Shown one piece after another: positions 1 through 12,000 of a DNA stretch of 64,000 nt. The position numbers and the translations under genes were made by a program. The notes beneath the pieces are model-generated. The model was given only the letters and a program-made list of their open reading frames with translations, was not told the DNA's origin and made no database searches. Source of the stretch: Flectonema sp. DT1601 (taxonomy: Eukaryota). Each line of letters opens with the position of its first letter. Position 1 is the first letter of the stretch. Where the stretch lies: NCBI GenBank assembly GCA_964019425.1, contig OZ025790.1, forward strand, positions 1-64,000. The letters run 5' to 3'.

Positions 1-3000
1 GTTTGCGGGTTTGCGGGTTTGCGGGTTTGCGGGTTTGCGGGTTTGCGGGTTTGCGGGTTTGCGGGTTTGCGGGTTTGCGGGTTTGCGGGTTTGCGGGTTT
101 GCGGGTTTGCGGGTTTGCGGGTTTGCGGGTTTGCGGGTTTGCGGGTTTGCGGGTTTGCGGGTTTGCGGGTTTGCGGGTTTGCGGGTTTGCGGGTTTGCGG
201 GTTTGCGGGTTTGCGGGTTTGCGGGTTTGCGGGTTTGCGGGTTTGCGGGTTTGCGGGTTTGCGGGTTTGCGGGTTTGCGGGTTTGCGGGTTTGCGGGTTT
301 GCGGGTTTGCGGGTTTGCGGGTTTGCGGGTTTGCGGGTTTGCGGGTTTGCGGGTTTGCGGGTTTGCGGGTTTGCGGGTTTGCGGGTTTGCGGGTTTGCGG
401 GTTTGCGGGTTTGCGGGTTTGCGGGTTTGCGGGTTTGCGGGTTTGCGGGTTTGCGGGTTTGCGGGTTTGCGGGTTTGCGGGTTTGCGGGTTTGCGGGTTT
501 GCGGGTTTGCGGGTTTGCGGGTTTGCGGGTTTGCGGGTTTGCGGGTTTGCGGGTTTGCGGGTTTGCGGGTTTGCGGGTTTGCGGGTTTGCGGGTTTGCGG
601 GTTTGCGGGTTTGCGGGTTTGCGGGTTTGCGGGTTTGCGGGTTTGCGGGTTTGCGGGTTTGCGGGTTTGCGGGTTTGCGGGTTTGCGGGTTTGCGGGTTT
701 GCGGGTTTGCGGGTTTGCGGGTTTGCGGGTTTGCGGGTTTGCGGGTTTGCGGGTTTGCGGGTTTGCGGGTTTGCGGGTTTGCGGGTTTGCGGGTTTGCGG
801 GTTTGCGGGTTTGCGGGTTTGCGGGTTTGCGGGTTTGCGGGTTTGCGGGTTTGCGGGTTTGCGGGTTTGCGGGTTTGCGGGTTTGCGGGTTTGCGGGTTT
901 GCGGGTTTGCGGGTTTGCGGGTTTGCGGGTTTGCGGGTTTGCGGGTTTGCGGGTTTGCGGGTTTGCGGGTTTGCGGGTTTGCGGGTTTGCGGGTTTGCGG
1001 GTTTGCGGGTTTGCGGGTTTGCGGGTTTGCGGGTTTGCGGGTTTGCGGGTTTGCGGGTTTGCGGGTTTGCGGGTTTGCGGGTTTGCGGGTTTGCGGGTTT
1101 GCGGGTTTGCGGGTTTGCGGGTTTGCGGGTTTGCGGGTTTGCGGGTTTGCGGGTTTGCGGGTTTGCGGGTTTGCGGGTTTGCGGGTTTGCGGGTTTGCGG
1201 GTTTGCGGGTTTGCGGGTTTGCGGGTTTGCGGGTTTGCGGGTTTGCGGGTTTGCGGGTTTGCGGGTTTGCGGGTTTGCGGGTTTGCGGGTTTGCGGGTTT
1301 GCGGGTTTGCGGGTTTGCGGGTTTGCGGGTTTGCGGGTTTGCGGGTTTGCGGGTTTGCGGGTTTGCGGGTTTGCGGGTTTGCGGGTTTGCGGGTTTGCGG
1401 GTTTGCGGGTTTGCGGGTTTGCGGGTTTGCGGGTTTGCGGGTTTGCGGGTTTGCGGGTTTGCGGGTTTGCGGGTTTGCGGGTTTGCGGGTTTGCGGGTTT
1501 GCGGGTTTGCGGGTTTGCGGGTTTGCGGGTTTGCGGGTTTGCGGGTTTGCGGGTTTGCGGGTTTGCGGGTTTGCGGGTTTGCGGGTTTGCGGGTTTGCGG
1601 GTTTGCGGGTTTGCGGGTTTGCGGGTTTGCGGGTTTGCGGGTTTGCGGGTTTGCGGGTTTGCGGGTTTGCGGGTTTGCGGGTTTGCGGGTTTGCGGGTTT
1701 GCGGGTTTGCGGGTTTGCGGGTTTGCGGGTTTGCGGGTTTGCGGGTTTGCGGGTTTGCGGGTTTGCGGGTTTGCGGGTTTGCGGGTTTGCGGGTTTGCGG
1801 GTTTGCGGGTTTGCGGGTTTGCGGGTTTGCGGGTTTGCGGGTTTGCGGGTTTGCGGGTTTGCGGGTTTGCGGGTTTGCGGGTTTGCGGGTTTGCGGGTTT
1901 GCGGGTTTGCGGGTTTGCGGGTTTGCGGGTTTGCGGGTTTGCGGGTTTGCGGGTTTGCGGGTTTGCGGGTTTGCGGGTTTGCGGGTTTGCGGGTTTGCGG
2001 GTTTGCGGGTTTGCGGGTTTGCGGGTTTGCGGGTTTGCGGGTTTGCGGGTTTGCGGGTTTGCGGGTTTGCGGGTTTGCGGGTTTGCGGGTTTGCGGGTTT
2101 GCGGGTTTGCGGGTTTGCGGGTTTGCGGGTTTGCGGGTTTGCGGGTTTGCGGGTTTGCGGGTTTGCGGGTTTGCGGGTTTGCGGGTTTGCGGGTTTGCGG
2201 GTTTGCGGGTTTGCGGGTTTGCGGGTTTGCGGGTTTGCGGGTTTGCGGGTTTGCGGGTTTGCGGGTTTGCGGGTTTGCGGGTTTGCGGGTTTGCGGGTTT
2301 GCGGGTTTGCGGGTTTGCGGGTTTGCGGGTTTGCGGGTTTGCGGGTTTGCGGGTTTGCGGGTTTGCGGGTTTGCGGGTTTGCGGGTTTGCGGGTTTGCGG
2401 GTTTGCGGGTTTGCGGGTTTGCGGGTTTGCGGGTTTGCGGGTTTGCGGGTTTGCGGGTTTGCGGGTTTGCGGGTTTGCGGGTTTGCGGGTTTGCGGGTTT
2501 GCGGGTTTGCGGGTTTGCGGGTTTGCGGGTTTGCGGGTTTGCGGGTTTGCGGGTTTGCGGGTTTGCGGGTTTGCGGGTTTGCGGGTTTGCGGGTTTGCGG
2601 GTTTGCGGGTTTGCGGGTTTGCGGGTTTGCGGGTTTGCGGGTTTGCGGGTTTGCGGGTTTGCGGGTTTGCGGGTTTGCGGGTTTGCGGGTTTGCGGGTTT
2701 GCGGGTTTGCGGGTTTGCGGGTTTGCGGGTTTGCGGGTTTGCGGGTTTGCGGGTTTGCGGGTTTCGGGTTTGCGGGTTTGCGGGTTTGCGGGTTTGCGGG
2801 TTTGCGGGTTTGCGGGTTTGCGGGTTTGCGGGTTTGCGGGTTTGCGGGTTTGCGGGTTTGCGGGTTTGCGGGTTTGCGGGTTTGCGGGTTTGCGGGTTTG
2901 CGGGTTTGCGGGTTTGCGGGTTTGCGGGTTTGCGGGTTTGCGGGTTTGCGGGTTTGCGGGTTTGCGGGTTTGCGGGTTTGCGGGTTTGCGGGTTTGCGGG

Positions 3001-6000
3001 TTTGCGGGTTTGCGGGTTTGCGGGTTTGCGGGTTTGCGGGTTTGCGGGTTTGCGGGTTTGCGGGTTTGCGGGTTTGCGGGTTTGCGGGTTTGCGGGTTTG
3101 CGGGTTTGCGGGTTTGCGGGTTTGCGGGTTTGCGGGTTTGCGGGTTTGCGGGTTTGCGGGTTTGCGGGTTTGCGGGTTTGCGGGTTTGCGGGTTTGCGGG
3201 TTTGCGGGTTTGCGGGTTTGCGGGTTTGCGGGTTTGCGGGTTTGCGGGTTTGCGGGTTTGCGGGTTTGCGGGTTTGCGGGTTTGCGGGTTTGCGGGTTTG
3301 CGGGTTTGCGGGTTTGCGGGTTTGCGGGTTTGCGGGTTTGCGGGTTTGCGGGTTTGCGGGTTTGCGGGTTTGCGGGTTTGCGGGTTTGCGGGTTTGCGGG
3401 TTTGCGGGTTTGCGGGTTTGCGGGTTTGCGGGTTTGCGGGTTTGCGGGTTTGCGGGTTTGCGGGTTTGCGGGTTTGCGGGTTTGCGGGTTTGCGGGTTTG
3501 CGGGTTTGCGGGTTTGCGGGTTTGCGGGTTTGCGGGTTTGCGGGTTTGCGGGTTTGCGGGTTTGCGGGTTTGCGGGTTTGCGGGTTTGCGGGTTTGCGGG
3601 TTTGCGGGTTTGCGGGTTTGCGGGTTTGCGGGTTTGCGGGTTTGCGGGTTTGCGGGTTTGCGGGTTTGCGGGTTTGCGGGTTTGCGGGTTTGCGGGTTTG
3701 CGGGTTTGCGGGTTTGCGGGTTTGCGGGTTTGCGGGTTTGCGGGTTTGCGGGTTTGCGGGTTTGCGGGTTTGCGGGTTTGCGGGTTTGCGGGTTTGCGGG
3801 TTTGCGGGTTTGCGGGTTTGCGGGTTTGCGGGTTTGCGGGTTTGCGGGTTTGCGGGTTTGCGGGTTTGCGGGTTTGCGGGTTTGCGGGTTTGCGGGTTTG
3901 CGGGTTTGCGGGTTTGCGGGTTTGCGGGTTTGCGGGTTTGCGGGTTTGCGGGTTTGCGGGTTTGCGGGTTTGCGGGTTTGCGGGTTTGCGGGTTTGCGGG
4001 TTTGCGGGTTTGCGGGTTTGCGGGTTTGCGGGTTTGCGGGTTTGCGGGTTTGCGGGTTTGCGGGTTTGCGGGTTTGCGGGTTTGCGGGTTTGCGGGTTTG
4101 CGGGTTTGCGGGTTTGCGGGTTTGCGGGTTTGCGGGTTTGCGGGTTTGCGGGTTTGCGGGTTTGCGGGTTTGCGGGTTTGCGGGTTTGCGGGTTTGCGGG
4201 TTTGCGGGTTTGCGGGTTTGCGGGTTTGCGGGTTTGCGGGTTTGCGGGTTTGCGGGTTTGCGGGTTTGCGGGTTTGCGGGTTTGCGGGTTTGCGGGTTTG
4301 CGGGTTTGCGGGTTTGCGGGTTTGCGGGTTTGCGGGTTTGCGGGTTTGCGGGTTTGCGGGTTTGCGGGTTTGCGGGTTTGCGGGTTTGCGGGTTTGCGGG
4401 TTTGCGGGTTTGCGGGTTTGCGGGTTTGCGGGTTTGCGGGTTTGCGGGTTTGCGGGTTTGCGGGTTTGCGGGTTTGCGGGTTTGCGGGTTTGCGGGTTTG
4501 CGGGTTTGCGGGTTTGCGGGTTTGCGGGTTTGCGGGTTTGCGGGTTTGCGGGTTTGCGGGTTTGCGGGTTTGCGGGTTTGCGGGTTTGCGGGTTTGCGGG
4601 TTTGCGGGTTTGCGGGTTTGCGGGTTTGCGGGTTTGCGGGTTTGCGGGTTTGCGGGTTTGCGGGTTTGCGGGTTTGCGGGTTTGCGGGTTTGCGGGTTTG
4701 CGGGTTTGCGGGTTTGCGGGTTTGCGGGTTTGCGGGTTTGCGGGTTTGCGGGTTTGCGGGTTTGCGGGTTTGCGGGTTTGCGGGTTTGCGGGTTTGCGGG
4801 TTTGCGGGTTTGCGGGTTTGCGGGTTTGCGGGTTTGCGGGTTTGCGGGTTTGCGGGTTTGCGGGTTTGCGGGTTTGCGGGTTTGCGGGTTTGCGGGTTTG
4901 CGGGTTTGCGGGTTTGCGGGTTTGCGGGTTTGCGGGTTTGCGGGTTTGCGGGTTTGCGGGTTTGCGGGTTTGCGGGTTTGCGGGTTTGCGGGTTTGCGGG
5001 TTTGCGGGTTTGCGGGTTTGCGGGTTTGCGGGTTTGCGGGTTTGCGGGTTTGCGGGTTTGCGGGTTTGCGGGTTTGCGGGTTTGCGGGTTTGCGGGTTTG
5101 CGGGTTTGCGGGTTTGCGGGTTTGCGGGTTTGCGGGTTTGCGGGTTTGCGGGTTTGCGGGTTTGCGGGTTTGCGGGTTTGCGGGTTTGCGGGTTTGCGGG
5201 TTTGCGGGTTTGCGGGTTTGCGGGTTTGCGGGTTTGCGGGTTTGCGGGTTTGCGGGTTTGCGGGTTTGCGGGTTTGCGGGTTTGCGGGTTTGCGGGTTTG
5301 CGGGTTTGCGGGTTTGCGGGTTTGCGGGTTTGCGGGTTTGCGGGTTTGCGGGTTTGCGGGTTTGCGGGTTTGCGGGTTTGCGGGTTTGCGGGTTTGCGGG
5401 TTTGCGGGTTTGCGGGTTTGCGGGTTTGCGGGTTTGCGGGTTTGCGGGTTTGCGGGTTTGCGGGTTTGCGGGTTTGCGGGTTTGCGGGTTTGCGGGTTTG
5501 CGGGTTTGCGGGTTTGCGGGTTTGCGGGTTTGCGGGTTTGCGGGTTTGCGGGTTTGCGGGTTTGCGGGTTTGCGGGTTTGCGGGTTTGCGGGTTTGCGGG
5601 TTTGCGGGTTTGCGGGTTTGCGGGTTTGCGGGTTTGCGGGTTTGCGGGTTTGCGGGTTTGCGGGTTTGCGGGTTTGCGGGTTTGCGGGTTTGCGGGTTTG
5701 CGGGTTTGCGGGTTTGCGGGTTTGCGGGTTTGCGGGTTTGCGGGTTTGCGGGTTTGCGGGTTTGCGGGTTTGCGGGTTTGCGGGTTTGCGGGTTTGCGGG
5801 TTTGCGGGTTTGCGGGTTTGCGGGTTTGCGGGTTTGCGGGTTTGCGGGTTTGCGGGTTTGCGGGTTTGCGGGTTTGCGGGTTTGCGGGTTTGCGGGTTTG
5901 CGGGTTTGCGGGTTTGCGGGTTTGCGGGTTTGCGGGTTTGCGGGTTTGCGGGTTTGCGGGTTTGCGGGTTTGCGGGTTTGCGGGTTTGCGGGTTTGCGGG

Positions 6001-9000
6001 TTTGCGGGTTTGCGGGTTTGCGGGTTTGCGGGTTTGCGGGTTTGCGGGTTTGCGGGTTTGCGGGTTTGCGGGTTTGCGGGTTTGCGGGTTTGCGGGTTTG
6101 CGGGTTTGCGGGTTTGCGGGTTTGCGGGTTTGCGGGTTTGCGGGTTTGCGGGTTTGCGGGTTTGCGGGTTTGCGGGTTTGCGGGTTTGCGGGTTTGCGGG
6201 TTTGCGGGTTTGCGGGTTTGCGGGTTTGCGGGTTTGCGGGTTTGCGGGTTTGCGGGTTTGCGGGTTTGCGGGTTTGCGGGTTTGCGGGTTTGCGGGTTTG
6301 CGGGTTTGCGGGTTTGCGGGTTTGCGGGTTTGCGGGTTTGCGGGTTTGCGGGTTTGCGGGTTTGCGGGTTTGCGGGTTTGCGGGTTTGCGGGTTTGCGGG
6401 TTTGCGGGTTTGCGGGTTTGCGGGTTTGCGGGTTTGCGGGTTTGCGGGTTTGCGGGTTTGCGGGTTTGCGGGTTTGCGGGTTTGCGGGTTTGCGGGTTTG
6501 CGGGTTTGCGGGTTTGCGGGTTTGCGGGTTTGCGGGTTTGCGGGTTTGCGGGTTTGCGGGTTTGCGGGTTTGCGGGTTTGCGGGTTTGCGGGTTTGCGGG
6601 TTTGCGGGTTTGCGGGTTTGCGGGTTTGCGGGTTTGCGGGTTTGCGGGTTTGCGGGTTTGCGGGTTTGCGGGTTTGCGGGTTTGCGGGTTTGCGGGTTTG
6701 CGGGTTTGCGGGTTTGCGGGTTTGCGGGTTTGCGGGTTTGCGGGTTTGCGGGTTTGCGGGTTTGCGGGTTTGCGGGTTTGCGGGTTTGCGGGTTTGCGGG
6801 TTTGCGGGTTTGCGGGTTTGCGGGTTTGCGGGTTTGCGGGTTTGCGGGTTTGCGGGTTTGCGGGTTTGCGGGTTTGCGGGTTTGCGGGTTTGCGGGTTTG
6901 CGGGTTTGCGGGTTTGCGGGTTTGCGGGTTTGCGGGTTTGCGGGTTTGCGGGTTTGCGGGTTTGCGGGTTTGCGGGTTTGCGGGTTTGCGGGTTTGCGGG
7001 TTTGCGGGTTTGCGGGTTTGCGGGTTTGCGGGTTTGCGGGTTTGCGGGTTTGCGGGTTTGCGGGTTTGCGGGTTTGCGGGTTTGCGGGTTTGCGGGTTTG
7101 CGGGTTTGCGGGTTTGCGGGTTTGCGGGTTTGCGGGTTTGCGGGTTTGCGGGTTTGCGGGTTTGCGGGTTTGCGGGTTTGCGGGTTTGCGGGTTTGCGGG
7201 TTTGCGGGTTTGCGGGTTTGCGGGTTTGCGGGTTTGCGGGTTTGCGGGTTTGCGGGTTTGCGGGTTTGCGGGTTTGCGGGTTTGCGGGTTTGCGGGTTTG
7301 CGGGTTTGCGGGTTTGCGGGTTTGCGGGTTTGCGGGTTTGCGGGTTTGCGGGTTTGCGGGTTTGCGGGTTTGCGGGTTTGCGGGTTTGCGGGTTTGCGGG
7401 TTTGCGGGTTTGCGGGTTTGCGGGTTTGCGGGTTTGCGGGTTTGCGGGTTTGCGGGTTTGCGGGTTTGCGGGTTTGCGGGTTTGCGGGTTTGCGGGTTTG
7501 CGGGTTTGCGGGTTTGCGGGTTTGCGGGTTTGCGGGTTTGCGGGTTTGCGGGTTTGCGGGTTTGCGGGTTTGCGGGTTTGCGGGTTTGCGGGTTTGCGGG
7601 TTTGCGGGTTTGCGGGTTTGCGGGTTTGCGGGTTTGCGGGTTTGCGGGTTTGCGGGTTTGCGGGTTTGCGGGTTTGCGGGTTTGCGGGTTTGCGGGTTTG
7701 CGGGTTTGCGGGTTTGCGGGTTTGCGGGTTTGCGGGTTTGCGGGTTTGCGGGTTTGCGGGTTTGCGGGTTTGCGGGTTTGCGGGTTTGCGGGTTTGCGGG
7801 TTTGCGGGTTTGCGGGTTTGCGGGTTTGCGGGTTTGCGGGTTTGCGGGTTTGCGGGTTTGCGGGTTTGCGGGTTTGCGGGTTTGCGGGTTTGCGGGTTTG
7901 CGGGTTTGCGGGTTTGCGGGTTTGCGGGTTTGCGGGTTTGCGGGTTTGCGGGTTTGCGGGTTTGCGGGTTTGCGGGTTTGCGGGTTTGCGGGTTTGCGGG
8001 TTTGCGGGTTTGCGGGTTTGCGGGTTTGCGGGTTTGCGGGTTTGCGGGTTTGCGGGTTTGCGGGTTTGCGGGTTTGCGGGTTTGCGGGTTTGCGGGTTTG
8101 CGGGTTTGCGGGTTTGCGGGTTTGCGGGTTTGCGGGTTTGCGGGTTTGCGGGTTTGCGGGTTTGCGGGTTTGCGGGTTTGCGGGTTTGCGGGTTTGCGGG
8201 TTTGCGGGTTTGCGGGTTTGCGGGTTTGCGGGTTTGCGGGTTTGCGGGTTTGCGGGTTTGCGGGTTTGCGGGTTTGCGGGTTTGCGGGTTTGCGGGTTTG
8301 CGGGTTTGCGGGTTTGCGGGTTTGCGGGTTTGCGGGTTTGCGGGTTTGCGGGTTTGCGGGTTTGCGGGTTTGCGGGTTTGCGGGTTTGCGGGTTTGCGGG
8401 TTTGCGGGTTTGCGGGTTTGCGGGTTTGCGGGTTTGCGGGTTTGCGGGTTTGCGGGTTTGCGGGTTTGCGGGTTTGCGGGTTTGCGGGTTTGCGGGTTTG
8501 CGGGTTTGCGGGTTTGCGGGTTTGCGGGTTTGCGGGTTTGCGGGTTTGCGGGTTTGCGGGTTTGCGGGTTTGCGGGTTTGCGGGTTTGCGGGTTTGCGGG
8601 TTTGCGGGTTTGCGGGTTTGCGGGTTTGCGGGTTTGCGGGTTTGCGGGTTTGCGGGTTTGCGGGTTTGCGGGTTTGCGGGTTTGCGGGTTTGCGGGTTTG
8701 CGGGTTTGCGGGTTTGCGGGTTTGCGGGTTTGCGGGTTTGCGGGTTTGCGGGTTTGCGGGTTTGCGGGTTTGCGGGTTTGCGGGTTTGCGGGTTTGCGGG
8801 TTTGCGGGTTTGCGGGTTTGCGGGTTTGCGGGTTTGCGGGTTTGCGGGTTTGCGGGTTTGCGGGTTTGCGGGTTTGCGGGTTTGCGGGTTTGCGGGTTTG
8901 CGGGTTTGCGGGTTTGCGGGTTTGCGGGTTTGCGGGTTTGCGGGTTTGCGGGTTTGCGGGTTTGCGGGTTTGCGGGTTTGCGGGTTTGCGGGTTTGCGGG

Positions 9001-12000
9001 TTTGCGGGTTTGCGGGTTTGCGGGTTTGCGGGTTTGCGGGTTTGCGGGTTTGCGGGTTTGCGGGTTTGCGGGTTTGCGGGTTTGCGGGTTTGCGGGTTTG
9101 CGGGTTTGCGGGTTTGCGGGTTTGCGGGTTTGCGGGTTTGCGGGTTTGCGGGTTTGCGGGTTTGCGGGTTTGCGGGTTTGCGGGTTTGCGGGTTTGCGGG
9201 TTTGCGGGTTTGCGGGTTTGCGGGTTTGCGGGTTTGCGGGTTTGCGGGTTTGCGGGTTTGCGGGTTTGCGGGTTTGCGGGTTTGCGGGTTTGCGGGTTTG
9301 CGGGTTTGCGGGTTTGCGGGTTTGCGGGTTTGCGGGTTTGCGGGTTTGCGGGTTTGCGGGTTTGCGGGTTTGCGGGTTTGCGGGTTTGCGGGTTTGCGGG
9401 TTTGCGGGTTTGCGGGTTTGCGGGTTTGCGGGTTTGCGGGTTTGCGGGTTTGCGGGTTTGCGGGTTTGCGGGTTTGCGGGTTTGCGGGTTTGCGGGTTTG
9501 CGGGTTTGCGGGTTTGCGGGTTTGCGGGTTTGCGGGTTTGCGGGTTTGCGGGTTTGCGGGTTTGCGGGTTTGCGGGTTTGCGGGTTTGCGGGTTTGCGGG
9601 TTTGCGGGTTTGCGGGTTTGCGGGTTTGCGGGTTTGCGGGTTTGCGGGTTTGCGGGTTTGCGGGTTTGCGGGTTTGCGGGTTTGCGGGTTTGCGGGTTTG
9701 CGGGTTTGCGGGTTTGCGGGTTTGCGGGTTTGCGGGTTTGCGGGTTTGCGGGTTTGCGGGTTTGCGGGTTTGCGGGTTTGCGGGTTTGCGGGTTTGCGGG
9801 TTTGCGGGTTTGCGGGTTTGCGGGTTTGCGGGTTTGCGGGTTTGCGGGTTTGCGGGTTTGCGGGTTTGCGGGTTTGCGGGTTTGCGGGTTTGCGGGTTTG
9901 CGGGTTTGCGGGTTTGCGGGTTTGCGGGTTTGCGGGTTTGCGGGTTTGCGGGTTTGCGGGTTTGCGGGTTTGCGGGTTTGCGGGTTTGCGGGTTTGCGGG
10001 TTTGCGGGTTTGCGGGTTTGCGGGTTTGCGGGTTTGCGGGTTTGCGGGTTTGCGGGTTTGCGGGTTTGCGGGTTTGCGGGTTTGCGGGTTTGCGGGTTTG
10101 CGGGTTTGCGGGTTTGCGGGTTTGCGGGTTTGCGGGTTTGCGGGTTTGCGGGTTTGCGGGTTTGCGGGTTTGCGGGTTTGCGGGTTTGCGGGTTTGCGGG
10201 TTTGCGGGTTTGCGGGTTTGCGGGTTTGCGGGTTTGCGGGTTTGCGGGTTTGCGGGTTTGCGGGTTTGCGGGTTTGCGGGTTTGCGGGTTTGCGGGTTTG
10301 CGGGTTTGCGGGTTTGCGGGTTTGCGGGTTTGCGGGTTTGCGGGTTTGCGGGTTTGCGGGTTTGCGGGTTTGCGGGTTTGCGGGTTTGCGGGTTTGCGGG
10401 TTTGCGGGTTTGCGGGTTTGCGGGTTTGCGGGTTTGCGGGTTTGCGGGTTTGCGGGTTTGCGGGTTTGCGGGTTTGCGGGTTTGCGGGTTTGCGGGTTTG
10501 CGGGTTTGCGGGTTTGCGGGTTTGCGGGTTTGCGGGTTTGCGGGTTTGCGGGTTTGCGGGTTTGCGGGTTTGCGGGTTTGCGGGTTTGCGGGTTTGCGGG
10601 TTTGCGGGTTTGCGGGTTTGCGGGTTTGCGGGTTTGCGGGTTTGCGGGTTTGCGGGTTTGCGGGTTTGCGGGTTTGCGGGTTTGCGGGTTTGCGGGTTTG
10701 CGGGTTTGCGGGTTTGCGGGTTTGCGGGTTTGCGGGTTTGCGGGTTTGCGGGTTTGCGGGTTTGCGGGTTTGCGGGTTTGCGGGTTTGCGGGTTTGCGGG
10801 TTTGCGGGTTTGCGGGTTTGCGGGTTTGCGGGTTTGCGGGTTTGCGGGTTTGCGGGTTTGCGGGTTTGCGGGTTTGCGGGTTTGCGGGTTTGCGGGTTTG
10901 CGGGTTTGCGGGTTTGCGGGTTTGCGGGTTTGCGGGTTTGCGGGTTTGCGGGTTTGCGGGTTTGCGGGTTTGCGGGTTTGCGGGTTTGCGGGTTTGCGGG
11001 TTTGCGGGTTTGCGGGTTTGCGGGTTTGCGGGTTTGCGGGTTTGCGGGTTTGCGGGTTTGCGGGTTTGCGGGTTTGCGGGTTTGCGGGTTTGCGGGTTTG
11101 CGGGTTTGCGGGTTTGCGGGTTTGCGGGTTTGCGGGTTTGCGGGTTTGCGGGTTTGCGGGTTTGCGGGTTTGCGGGTTTGCGGGTTTGCGGGTTTGCGGG
11201 TTTGCGGGTTTGCGGGTTTGCGGGTTTGCGGGTTTGCGGGTTTGCGGGTTTGCGGGTTTGCGGGTTTGCGGGTTTGCGGGTTTGCGGGTTTGCGGGTTTG
11301 CGGGTTTGCGGGTTTGCGGGTTTGCGGGTTTGCGGGTTTGCGGGTTTGCGGGTTTGCGGGTTTGCGGGTTTGCGGGTTTGCGGGTTTGCGGGTTTGCGGG
11401 TTTGCGGGTTTGCGGGTTTGCGGGTTTGCGGGTTTGCGGGTTTGCGGGTTTGCGGGTTTGCGGGTTTGCGGGTTTGCGGGTTTGCGGGTTTGCGGGTTTG
11501 CGGGTTTGCGGGTTTGCGGGTTTGCGGGTTTGCGGGTTTGCGGGTTTGCGGGTTTGCGGGTTTGCGGGTTTGCGGGTTTGCGGGTTTGCGGGTTTGCGGG
11601 TTTGCGGGTTTGCGGGTTTGCGGGTTTGCGGGTTTGCGGGTTTGCGGGTTTGCGGGTTTGCGGGTTTGCGGGTTTGCGGGTTTGCGGGTTTGCGGGTTTG
11701 CGGGTTTGCGGGTTTGCGGGTTTGCGGGTTTGCGGGTTTGCGGGTTTGCGGGTTTGCGGGTTTGCGGGTTTGCGGGTTTGCGGGTTTGCGGGTTTGCGGG
11801 TTTGCGGGTTTGCGGGTTTGCGGGTTTGCGGGTTTGCGGGTTTGCGGGTTTGCGGGTTTGCGGGTTTGCGGGTTTGCGGGTTTGCGGGTTTGCGGGTTTG
11901 CGGGTTTGCGGGTTTGCGGGTTTGCGGGTTTGCGGGTTTGCGGGTTTGCGGGTTTGCGGGTTTGCGGGTTTGCGGGTTTGCGGGTTTGCGGGTTTGCGGG